Assembly (NCBI GenBank): GCA_015521735.1
Contig: WANQ01000038.1
Location: 30,705 to 94,704 of the forward strand
Source: Pyrodictiaceae archaeon
Lineage (GTDB): Archaea > Thermoproteota > Thermoprotei_A > Sulfolobales > WANQ01
Direction of reading: 5' to 3'
Length of the DNA: 64,000 nucleotides
The notes beneath the pieces were generated by a model. The model was not told where the DNA came from, ran no database searches, and worked only from the letters and a program-made list of their open reading frames with translations. The position numbers were made by a program, and so were the translations under genes. Shown here in pieces: positions 55,863 through 64,000 of this stretch (positions are counted from its first letter, which is position 1; the number at the start of each line of letters is the position of its first letter).

Positions 55863-56750
55863 TCATCTCCTAGCAAGTTCTACTACGTGTCTCGCTATAG
55901 CTTTTGCTGGGTTAACGCCCGTAGCCTTAGCCAACCCCTCCCATAGTGGAGCGACGTTGGCTTCAAGTACATAGTATCCTCCATTAGGTGCTTCAGCTAC
56001 ATCTATACCAGCATACTCTAAGCTCAAAACCTCTACTACCCTTAGGACAATGTCCTCGAGAACTCCGTCAACTCTGGCTGGCTTAGTAATAGCTCCTTGA
56101 GCAACATTAGTCTTCCACTGACCTGGAGGCGCTATCCTGTAAGCAGCTGCTAGAATCCTTTTACCTACAGTGAAAACTCTTATGTCTCTTCCAGGCTTCT
56201 CAATATATCTTTGAACATAGACTGGGTGTCCTAGACTCAACAGTGTTTTAGCAACTCTATAGGCTATGTCTGGGTCATTTACCTTAACTGATCCAAAGCC
56301 TAAGCTACCTATAATAGGCTTTATCACTACAGTACCCCACTCCTTAACAGCATCTACTACAACGTGTACATCCTCAGTCACAATTGTATCTGGTACTGGT
56401 ACCTTATTCTTAGATAAGAGTAGTAGGGATGTATACTTATCACGAGCTTTTATGAATGCTTCACTAGGGTTAACTACAACAATACCCTTAAGCTCCATTT
56501 CACGGAGCAAACCTATCCTCTTAAGCAATTGCTCAGTAGTCATTATTGAGCCTAGGCTACGAACAACTATTGCGTCAAGGTGGACTACGTGTTTACCATA
56601 CCTTATAGTTAACCCTTTCTCACCAAACGCTCCTGAAAGCCTTGAAATCCTATAGTATTTGGCATTAACTCCTAGTTCCTGGAATGCTTTCAGCAGCTCC
56701 ATACTACTCTTAGTAGGCCTTGGAGCTTCGTGTACAACACCTACATTCAT
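55863..56750 (-). CDS. ATP-grasp ligase of the RimK/LysX family
   Basis: 295 aa. VVIKPIIGSLGFGV, RDIRVFTVG and AGIDVAE...YVLEANVAP are ATP-grasp motifs. Confidence 0.75.
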   Translation of the reverse strand: MNVGVVHEAPRPTKSSMELLKAFQELGVNAKYYRISRLSGAFGEKGLTIRYGKHVVHLDAIVVRSLGSIMTTEQLLKRIGLLREMELKGIVVVNPSEAFIKARDKYTSLLLLSKNKVPVPDTIVTEDVHVVVDAVKEWGTVVIKPIIGSLGFGSVKVNDPDIAYRVAKTLLSLGHPVYVQRYIEKPGRDIRVFTVGKRILAAAYRIAPPGQWKTNVAQGAITKPARVDGVLEDIVLRVVEVLSLEYAGIDVAEAPNGGYYVLEANVAPLWEGLAKATGVNPAKAIARHVVELARR

Positions 56751-56859
56751 TAACTATAGGCCTCAACAATGCTACTATGATAGGTTTTCATGAGTTACCC
56801 TTATAAAGCATTGGATAATGTAGGAGTAATAGCTAGGCATTAGACTAGGGCTTAGGGCA

Positions 56860-57867
56860 TTGGAAGCATATATTGCTATACCGTTAATAATGACTATAGC
56901 AGTTGTGGCATCCTATACTTTAACTAAGACTACGATTAAGTTACTTGAGAGAAAAGGGCTTACAGGAATAGATGTCCATAAACCCTGGAGGCCTAGAGTT
57001 GCTGAACCAGGCGGTATAGCTCTCATAGCATCCTATGCTATCCTAATACCACTAGTACTATTACTCAACATAGCAGGTGTAGACGAGTACAAGTTCCTAG
57101 TAGCATCAGCTTCCATACTATATGCTGGGCTCATAGGCTTAGTAGACGACTTTAAAGTACTTGATGCTAAAACTAAGACGTTACTAGCATTCACTGTTTC
57201 AGCCCCCATAATACTCTTTAACACGTATACTCCTAGACCATTAATGCCCTTTGCAGGAATGCTTAGAATAACGATAATATACCCTCTACTACTTCCACCC
57301 GCCTACATGATAGTATTGAATGCTGTCAACATGTCTGATACACATAACGGTGTTATGCCTTCAACAGCACTCCTAGTATTAAGCGTAGTCTTATTCTCAA
57401 CTGCTTCAGCATACTATAAAGGACTTACTGATGCTACAGGATTGCTCATAGCGTTAATAGCAGTAGCAATACTGTTAGGATACATATGGTTTAACTGGTA
57501 TCCTGCAAAAGTATTCAATGGCGATAGCGGTAGCTTTATTGTTGGAGCACTAATTATAACATCAGCTATTCTCGGTAGAGCTGAAGTACCAGCTATAGTA
57601 GCTATGCTAGTATACATAGTGAACGGATTCCAAATACTATCCTCAATCAAAGGTTTAGTAGAACGTAGAAATATTGTAAGACCAGTCATAGTTAGAAACG
57701 GCTTAATAACAGCCAATAAGGATCCAAGAGCACCTATAACAATACCACACCTACTATCCCTGAAAGAACCAGTAACTGAAGTTGAAGTAATAGCAGGCTA
57801 TATAATCCTATCAATTATATCATGTATGTTGGGATTGATAACAGCAGTTATCTGCTACTGGACATAA
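56860..57867 (+). CDS. Glycosyltransferase family 4 polyprenyl-phosphate HexNAc-1-phosphate transferase (AglH/WecA/MraY-like)
   Basis: GLVDDFKVLDAKTK, NAVNMSDTHNG and FNGDSGSFIVG motifs. About 10 TM segments. Confidence 0.8.
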   Translation: MEAYIAIPLIMTIAVVASYTLTKTTIKLLERKGLTGIDVHKPWRPRVAEPGGIALIASYAILIPLVLLLNIAGVDEYKFLVASASILYAGLIGLVDDFKVLDAKTKTLLAFTVSAPIILFNTYTPRPLMPFAGMLRITIIYPLLLPPAYMIVLNAVNMSDTHNGVMPSTALLVLSVVLFSTASAYYKGLTDATGLLIALIAVAILLGYIWFNWYPAKVFNGDSGSFIVGALIITSAILGRAEVPAIVAMLVYIVNGFQILSSIKGLVERRNIVRPVIVRNGLITANKDPRAPITIPHLLSLKEPVTEVEVIAGYIILSIISCMLGLITAVICYWT

Positions 57868-58762
57868 GCTCCTCCAACAACATTATAGCGTAGACTGGAG
57901 CTGTAAGTGGATCAGTCCTTATCTTCAATTCTAAAACTTTGTTCCGAGCCATCATAGACTTAAACAATAGCTCCTTAACAGAATACTCCTCCACTGTAGT
58001 AGAAAACAATACTATCGTGCTATTCCTTAAAACCTTATCCTCAACAAAGCCTACAATACTTGTCAACTCCACGAGTGGTATTAGTTTACCAGTCTTCTCC
58101 AACACAATACTCTGTAAGTAATAAGCTGGAGACTCCATAGTAGGTGTATAGGCTATCACAGACACCTTATCCAAGGAGTCTGCAAGTACTCTAAGCTCAC
58201 TGGAATAAATGGATAAAAGCTCATCTACTATCGACGAGTAGTCATGTACTTCTATTCTAAGCCTATTAAACCTTAAAGCCTTATCACCCTTCTCCCTAAC
58301 CCTATCAGCTACCTCATAACCCGAGATAGAAGCCAGTAATACTTGGCGTAGAATTCTACGAGGCCTATCAACTAATACTAGTTGCTGCCCCCTAAGCCTA
58401 GCTTTCACTTGTTGTAGTGGTTGAGGAGTTATTAATAGAACATGATTACCCGTATAATATGTTGAGTCAAGTAGCCTTATCAGACTATTCTCTGTACCCT
58501 TTTCAGCAAACACTATTATACCTAGACCCTCAGTATAGGGTGCTACGTGGTAGGTTAACGTATCTATTGATGCATCTATTAGGGGGTAGCCTGGTATAAG
58601 CGTTCTAATGGTATGTGAAAAAACCTTTGATGCAATAACACCTAGTCCAGTAAAGGAAACAGCTATACGTTCATGTCCGAGAACAAAGTCCACTACCGCT
58701 CGTGCTTGCTCCTTAGCCCACTCTTCTACAGCTTTAACATCCCTAGCTAAACTAGTAGTCAT
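57848..58762 (-). CDS. Hypothetical protein, possibly a double SIS (sugar isomerase) domain
   Basis: 304 aa. The pattern RIAVSFTGLGVIASKVF...GIIVFAEKGTENSLIRLL is reminiscent of SIS domains. Weak call. Confidence 0.3.
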   Translation of the reverse strand: MTTSLARDVKAVEEWAKEQARAVVDFVLGHERIAVSFTGLGVIASKVFSHTIRTLIPGYPLIDASIDTLTYHVAPYTEGLGIIVFAEKGTENSLIRLLDSTYYTGNHVLLITPQPLQQVKARLRGQQLVLVDRPRRILRQVLLASISGYEVADRVREKGDKALRFNRLRIEVHDYSSIVDELLSIYSSELRVLADSLDKVSVIAYTPTMESPAYYLQSIVLEKTGKLIPLVELTSIVGFVEDKVLRNSTIVLFSTTVEEYSVKELLFKSMMARNKVLELKIRTDPLTAPVYAIMLLEELMSSSR

Positions 58763-58767
58763 ACCTA

Positions 58768-59595
58768 CTATATCACCGCGTACCTAAGGGATTCACAGCA
58801 ACTACAGAGCTTCTTATCAGGTTCCTCTGGTATCCTTGGTATAGCCTCATATAATAGTTTCTTAGCCTTCTCAACATTCTCGGCCATAACCCTTGCAACC
58901 TCCTCAGCTGTTACAGGCTTCTCAGCCCAAACATCATAGTCTGTAACCATAGCTAGCGTAGCATAGCATAACTGTGCTTCACATGCAAGAACTACTTCAG
59001 GTACAAGAGTCATACCTATAATATCGGCTTTAAACACATCCTTCCATACACGGCTTTCAGCACGTGTCGAGAACCTAGGCCCCTCAATACATATATACGT
59101 ACCCTTATCATGCACTGTTATTCCCAGTGACCTACCAGTCTCAACTAGTATTCTCCTAAGATGCTCACAGAACGGGTCAGCCATACTCACATGAGCTACT
59201 GTTCCACCCTCAAAGAACGTGTACTCTCTCTTCTTAGTCATATCTATGAACTGGTCTGGTACAACAAAATCTCCAGGCCTGTAATCCCATCTAAGACTAC
59301 CAACAGCACTAACAGCAATAACCCGCTTAACACCCAACTGCTTGAGAGCCCAGATATTAGCCCTATAGTTTATCCTATGAGGTGGTATCCTATGACCCCT
59401 ACCATGTCTTGGTAGAAAAGCTACCCTCCTACCCTTAACCTCACCTACTATAACGTAGTCGCTTGGCTCACCGTAGGGTGTATAGATCTTAAGCTCAACT
59501 GTTTTCTCAAAAATACCTGGATCATATAAGCCACTACCACCAATAACAGCTATTTCAGCACTATACTTACCAGGCTTAAAGACCTCGAAAACCAT
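58768..59595 (-). CDS. mtnP: S-methyl-5'-thioadenosine phosphorylase
   Basis: [48 protein letters not shown] and a C-terminal CSCC as in hyperthermophile MTAPII. Start moved to ATG 59595. Confidence 0.9.
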   Translation of the reverse strand: MVFEVFKPGKYSAEIAVIGGSGLYDPGIFEKTVELKIYTPYGEPSDYVIVGEVKGRRVAFLPRHGRGHRIPPHRINYRANIWALKQLGVKRVIAVSAVGSLRWDYRPGDFVVPDQFIDMTKKREYTFFEGGTVAHVSMADPFCEHLRRILVETGRSLGITVHDKGTYICIEGPRFSTRAESRVWKDVFKADIIGMTLVPEVVLACEAQLCYATLAMVTDYDVWAEKPVTAEEVARVMAENVEKAKKLLYEAIPRIPEEPDKKLCSCCESLRYAVI

Positions 59596-59727
59596 GCACC
59601 CTACACCAAGTACCATATGTAATCACTAGGAAATTAAACAATACCGCTCTCACAGTAAGAGTATACCCACATATTTTATACTCCAATACACTAATAGATA
59701 GCCAAGGAACATATAGGTGCCTAGGTA

Positions 59728-60660
59728 TTGGATAAACCACTGATAGTAGTAGACCTATGGAAGAGTTTCAACGAGAAAACAGTGTTGAAGGGCATAAACA
59801 TAGAGTTAAGGAGAAACGAGTTCTACGGCCTACTAGGGCCTAATGGTGCTGGTAAAACAACACTATTGAGAATAATAGTAGGCGTACTCAAACCCACTAA
59901 GGGAAAAGTCATAGTCAATGGAATAGACTTGTCAAGAAACCCCATAGAAGCTAAGAAGCTCATAGGCTATGTACCCCAAGAAAATATTCTAAGCCCATAC
60001 CTAACTGGGCTAGAAAACCTACTATACTATGCAGGACTACAGGGAATACCGCGAAGCGATGCAAAGAAGAGAGCAAGAGAACTACTAGAATTCTTTGGAC
60101 TAGAAGAATACGCTAACGTTAAAGTAGCAAAATACTCTGGCGGTATGAAAAAGAAACTATCAATAGCAGCAGGAATAATACACGACCCACCACTACTAAT
60201 ACTAGATGAGCCTACAACAGGCCTTGACCCAGCATCAAGGCGTAACCTATGGGATCTATTATCAAGACTTAACAGAGAAGGTAAAACCATTATAATGGCA
60301 ACACATTATACCGAAGAAGCAGAAAAACTATGCCATAGAGTAGCGATAATAAATGATGGAGTATTAGTCGTAGAAGGTAATCCACTAGAACTCAAGAAGA
60401 AGTATGGTCCTCCAAACATAATAGAATTATACTTGAGTAGTAGCATGGAGGAGCTAACTCCAAGATTATCGAGGTATTCTATAGGTAAAGTAGTCCAAGT
60501 AGACGAAAAAGTACTAGTACCAGTAGAAGACTACAGAAGCATTCTACCCAAGATAATTGAGGAAGTAGTAGGCTTAGGCCTAGGCATACGTAGAATAGAG
60601 ATACGCGAGCCAACACTAGAAGACGTATTCATAAAACTTACTGGGAGGAGACTAGAATGA
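59728..60660 (+). CDS. ABC transporter ATP-binding protein (ABC-2/DrrA-like)
   Basis: GPNGAGKTT, YSGGMKKKLSIA and LLILDEPTTGLD motifs. Confidence 0.9.
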   Translation: MDKPLIVVDLWKSFNEKTVLKGINIELRRNEFYGLLGPNGAGKTTLLRIIVGVLKPTKGKVIVNGIDLSRNPIEAKKLIGYVPQENILSPYLTGLENLLYYAGLQGIPRSDAKKRARELLEFFGLEEYANVKVAKYSGGMKKKLSIAAGIIHDPPLLILDEPTTGLDPASRRNLWDLLSRLNREGKTIIMATHYTEEAEKLCHRVAIINDGVLVVEGNPLELKKKYGPPNIIELYLSSSMEELTPRLSRYSIGKVVQVDEKVLVPVEDYRSILPKIIEEVVGLGLGIRRIEIREPTLEDVFIKLTGRRLE

Positions 60661-61919
60661 ATATTAGAGCTATTCTCAGTATTGCTTGGAGCGATACCCT
60701 ACACCTACTACGCATACGTAGCGTAGTATTCTGGATAATAGTATTCCCAATAATACTAGTACTCCTATCAGCATTCATATGGTTCAATCCCTCACCAACT
60801 ACAACTTACAGTGTTGGAATAGTAGACTTAGACAAAGGTAACGGTACACAATGGCTTCTACAAGCATTCAGCTATGCTAAAGTAGACAATAAGTCATTGT
60901 TCAAGATAATAGAATACAATAATACTAGTCAAGCACTAAACAGCCTCCTAGAGGATAAAGTAGACATAGTCCTAGTAGTACCAGAAGGATTCACCAGTAA
61001 CCTAACTAGAGGCTTCCCTACAAGACTTGAAGCCTATGTTTCAGCCAAGAATCCCACCAAGTCGATGATAGTGAAATCCGTTATATCAGGCTTCATAAAC
61101 GAGTTCTCAAAACACGTTATTGAAAAGAAAGTAGAGGTAATGATGCACTACGCCTTATCCTACATCAACGCGACCATGGGGTTAAATGAGACTGTAAGCA
61201 AGTATATTAGACTATGGTTTAAATCCATAGTTAATCCAGTAAACCTTACAGTAGAAGAAGTATCGCCTAAAGAGAGAAGAATTGATAGGTCAGCACTACT
61301 TGCATGGGCTGTTGTAGGAATAATAGCTGTTGAATCATTATTCGTAGGATTGATTAGGGGAGCTACAGTAATAACAGAGGAACGTGAACGACAAACACTC
61401 TACCGCCTACTAGCATCACCTATCTCTGGATGGGAGCTACTAGTAGGTAAGACTATTGGAGTACTAGTTGCTGTGGGCATATCAGCTATACCATCAGTTA
61501 GCCTAGGAGTACTCCTAGGTGCAAGAATACTATTCAACCCATTAAGCATTGACTCATGGATAGCAGTAGCAATGATAATCATAGCAACATTATTCTTTAC
61601 AGGACTAGGCTTAATCATAAGCATGTTCGCTAAAAGCGAAGCAGGTGCTACAGCACTAGCCAATGCCCTAGCATTCACCTTAATGTTCACGTCTGGTGTA
61701 TGGTGGCCTCCAAAGGAATGGCTACCAGAACCACTAAAAACAATAGCATACCATAACCCTGCAACACTAGCAGTAGATGCCGCGAGAAACATACTAGCAT
61801 ACGGCATGAGTATAGGAGAACTATCCCAGTATATTCCACTAATAGGATTAGGCACAATAATAGTATACGCCACCGGAGCAATAGTATACAAAAAACTAAT
61901 GAGCAAACTAATAGAATGA
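60657..61919 (+). CDS. ABC-2 type transporter permease
   Basis: 420 aa with an N-terminal TM segment, a large extracytoplasmic domain and a C-terminal 5-TM bundle. 4-nt overlap with the ATPase gene. Confidence 0.8.
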   Translation: MNIRAILSIAWSDTLHLLRIRSVVFWIIVFPIILVLLSAFIWFNPSPTTTYSVGIVDLDKGNGTQWLLQAFSYAKVDNKSLFKIIEYNNTSQALNSLLEDKVDIVLVVPEGFTSNLTRGFPTRLEAYVSAKNPTKSMIVKSVISGFINEFSKHVIEKKVEVMMHYALSYINATMGLNETVSKYIRLWFKSIVNPVNLTVEEVSPKERRIDRSALLAWAVVGIIAVESLFVGLIRGATVITEERERQTLYRLLASPISGWELLVGKTIGVLVAVGISAIPSVSLGVLLGARILFNPLSIDSWIAVAMIIIATLFFTGLGLIISMFAKSEAGATALANALAFTLMFTSGVWWPPKEWLPEPLKTIAYHNPATLAVDAARNILAYGMSIGELSQYIPLIGLGTIIVYATGAIVYKKLMSKLIE

Positions 61920-61927
61920 AGACCTAC

Positions 61928-62281
61928 TTACTCCTTCTTTTTCTCAGTAAGCTCCTCTAATATCCTGAAAGCCTTAGCACTACTAGTAGCTACTGGTCCA
62001 CCACCCATAAGAACAGCAAGACTTATAACCTCAGCAATCTCCTCCGGCTTAACCCCAGCATCAAGAGCCTTCTTAATATGCAAGGCTATACAAGGATCAC
62101 ATCTAATAGCAACAGCTATACCCACAAGCACTAACTCCTTCTCACGTAGCGAGAGCCTACCAGTCTTCAACGTTGCCTCAAGAAATCCCTGAAACTTCTC
62201 AGCTACCTCAGGTGTAAACTCCTTAAACTTTTGAAAAGCATACGATACCTCACGTAAAAGCTCAGTTGAATACTTAGCCAT
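61928..62281 (-). CDS. Carboxymuconolactone decarboxylase / AhpD-like family protein
   Basis: LSLREKELVLVGIAVAIRCDPCIALHIKKAL with a CxxC motif. ATG 62281 is preceded by GGAGGTG. Confidence 0.8.
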   Translation of the reverse strand: MAKYSTELLREVSYAFQKFKEFTPEVAEKFQGFLEATLKTGRLSLREKELVLVGIAVAIRCDPCIALHIKKALDAGVKPEEIAEVISLAVLMGGGPVATSSAKAFRILEELTEKKKE

Positions 62282-62352
62282 ACAAGTCCACCTCCGAAAC
62301 AACGCTGACACGTCTTACATTGAAGGTATTTATCCTTTGCCTACATGAACTC

Positions 62353-63558
62353 CTAATCAACTCTCCTAGAAATATACAATAGTATTGCTAGAGCACAAGC
62401 CACCAGTACGGTAGAGTACAGTAGTATCCTAAGCGGGTCAACGTATAAGACGCTAACAGCATATCCAGCAACAACTAGACCTAAACCATAACTCGTATAG
62501 TACAAGCCATAGCCCGTACCCCTAAGCCTAAGTGGTACTAGTTTTGATAATAGTGCTCTAAAAACACTCTCATGATACCCCATAGCTATGCCATAGAATA
62601 CTGCTGTAGCTACAATAAAAGCCATGCTTATATGAGTATACGAGTAGCTTAACGCTATAGCTGTAATAGGAGTTACAACTAATGCTGGTACAAGAGCAAT
62701 AGCACCATACTTATCAAAGCTATAGCCAGCAACTAAGGCAGCACCAGCATCAACTCCCTGAGCTACAAGGTATATTAGCGGAACCACCCATTCAGCTACA
62801 ATATCCTCAGCAATATAAAGCATTATCTGATAGGGTACTAGTGCTGCTACAGCTAGGAAAACGAAAACCAAGTATAACGCGAGTAGCCTAGTAAACCCTC
62901 CACTACCCCTCTCTTCTCCCTCAACTACTCTCCTACGAGGTACACCAGGAAGCTTTAAGCCAAGAATACTCCAGCACTTCCTAGCAAATCCCAATGTTAT
63001 GAGGGCTAGCGTAACGCTTACACCTAGGACAATGTATGCTAGCCTATAGTCGCCATAATATAACAGTACTAGGCTTGCAATCCCAGGCCCAATAACTGCT
63101 CCAAGCTGGTCAAGCAACTCATGGACACCGAAGACCATCCCCTTACCTATACTAGGTATACTTGAAAGCAATGCATCCCTAGCTGGAGACCTAATAGCCT
63201 TCCCAAACCTCTCAAAAACAAACAATACAAGAGCAACATAGGGATTCCATGCAAGAGCTAGAAATGGAACCATGTAGACTAAAGCATAGCCAAGAAACAC
63301 CAACACCCAGTAACCACGAGTAAGATCAGCCAAGAAGCCAGCAAGCAACCTAGCAGTAAAGCCTATGAACTCAGCTAACCCTATACCAACACCCAATACA
63401 ACTATAGTAGCACCAAGAACACGAGTCATATAAGGTGGAAGTATACTCCTACCACCCTCATAGGCTACATCAGCAAACAAGCTAACAAGACCAAACAACA
63501 CCACCAAAACCCACGGAGAACACCTAAACCACAAACCACGGCCACAAGCCAAACCCAA
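62353..63558 (-). CDS. MFS transporter
   Basis: 401 aa, about 12 TM segments, GKAIRSPARDALLS loop. The start codon is uncertain (TTG/GTG candidates only). Confidence 0.7.
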   Translation of the reverse strand: MGLACGRGLWFRCSPWVLVVLFGLVSLFADVAYEGGRSILPPYMTRVLGATIVVLGVGIGLAEFIGFTARLLAGFLADLTRGYWVLVFLGYALVYMVPFLALAWNPYVALVLFVFERFGKAIRSPARDALLSSIPSIGKGMVFGVHELLDQLGAVIGPGIASLVLLYYGDYRLAYIVLGVSVTLALITLGFARKCWSILGLKLPGVPRRRVVEGEERGSGGFTRLLALYLVFVFLAVAALVPYQIMLYIAEDIVAEWVVPLIYLVAQGVDAGAALVAGYSFDKYGAIALVPALVVTPITAIALSYSYTHISMAFIVATAVFYGIAMGYHESVFRALLSKLVPLRLRGTGYGLYYTSYGLGLVVAGYAVSVLYVDPLRILLYSTVLVACALAILLYISRRVD

Positions 63559-63756
63559 CTACCCGGAAACAAACAATACCATACCCCAATAATAAAAACA
63601 ATTACACCACACACTACCCGGAAAACAGTAAACACAGTCCTAGAAAACCCGTAAAGCTTATCAGGCTAGGAGTCAACGGTAAACAGGATCACCTAAAACC
63701 CATGGCCAACCCCAGTCAATCCTAAGACGAAGAACCCTCGACGAGGTGATAGATAG

Positions 63757-64000
63757 TTGAGTAAGGGGCTGGAGAGTAGGGGTCTCTACATACTAGTAGC
63801 ATTATTCATAACAGCTCTTACAACATCTAATCTAACAGCATCAAAACTAGTAGTACTAGGTGAGATCGGGGGAATACTCCTACTAACACCAGCAGCTGTA
63901 GTAGCCTACGCCATAACATTCCTTATGACCGACATAATAAGCGAGGTTTGGGGGAAAGAGGTAGCAGGAAGAGTAGTATTCGCAGGCTTCATTAGCCAGC
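63757..64000 (+). CDS. Queuosine-precursor transporter YhhQ/DUF165 (VUT) family, 5' partial at the window edge
   Basis: TTG 63757 is preceded by GAGGTGA. The translation ..LTPAAVVAYAITFLMTDIISEVWGKEVAGRVVFAGFIS fits the DUF165 motif (fP.tFl.tD...E.yG...Ar). The frame is still open at the window end. Confidence 0.65.
   Translation, partial: MSKGLESRGLYILVALFITALTTSNLTASKLVVLGEIGGILLLTPAAVVAYAITFLMTDIISEVWGKEVAGRVVFAGFISQ

Noticed and set aside
55791-55865. Possible C/D-box sRNA on the minus strand: ATGATGA overlapping the RimK-like stop codon, with CTGA 47 nt downstream.
   Set aside because: The interior is occupied by two self-complementary GC-rich palindromes (GAGAGCTCTC at 55816-55825 and CCAGG-TACC-CCTGG at 55838-55851), leaving no single-stranded guide and no C'/D' boxes. 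These are more likely structural or terminator-like elements in the convergent Lrp/RimK spacer. The ATGATGA is simply a tandem stop, TGA TGA.
1-64000. CRISPR arrays or cas genes.
   Set aside because: I saw no regularly spaced 24-40-bp direct repeats anywhere, and no Cas-like proteins in the ORF set.

Overview
The gene content points to a chromosomal segment of a hyperthermophile-type crenarchaeon (Thermoproteota, Desulfurococcales-like). Supporting genes are TFB, aSUI1, RpoP, the EndA catalytic subunit, an intron-containing tRNA, a stand-alone 5S rRNA and an Mbx/MBS-type membrane complex. GC is roughly 40% by eye, and most genes prefer A-ending codons.

I call about 75 protein genes, 4 tRNAs (all with encoded CCA), one tRNA 3' half fragment and one 5S rRNA.

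Main blocks:
- 1-2 kb: tRNA-Thr, an amidohydrolase, 5S rRNA and tRNA-Gln.
- 2.07-4.3 kb: a Panacea(DUF4065)-like gene, a SAMHD1-type HD phosphohydrolase and an irregular start-less ORF.
- 4.4-13.1 kb: a 13-gene Mbx/MBS-like Mrp-NiFe-hydrogenase-related cluster whose L subunit keeps only 2 of the 4 NiFe cysteines.
- 14.6-16.1 kb: a Roadblock/LC7 gene plus an unknown coiled-coil protein.
- 16.1-17.2 kb: Sua5.
- 17.3-21.3 kb: a FecB/BtuF-type ABC importer with an embedded BioB/HydE-like radical SAM gene.
- 21.8-28.5 kb: a TreT-like GT4 gene, a TrmB-like regulator and a CUT1 sugar ABC transporter, with a shared TCAC-N6-GTGA palindrome.
- 28.5-33.2 kb: a decayed accessory island. It holds three toxin-antitoxin pairs, a PIN remnant, direct repeats, a recurring ATATGCCA motif and a tRNA 3' half, and it ends at tRNA-Pro and an intron-bearing tRNA-Gln.
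- 33.6-64 kb: mostly housekeeping genes (tfb, sui1, rpoP, speB, glyS, endA, ubiX, ppdK, threonine dehydratase, MTAP, transporters).

No CRISPR array, integrase or transposase was recognised.

The most promising leads are:
- the Panacea-HD pair;
- the radical SAM gene inside the ABC importer;
- the tRNA-flanked TA island with a compensated tRNA half;
- a DUF6062-like Zn protein with no canonical start;
- a recurring pattern of protein-like sequence continuing in the +1 frame at four loci.

All family assignments come from motif recognition by eye. No searches were run.
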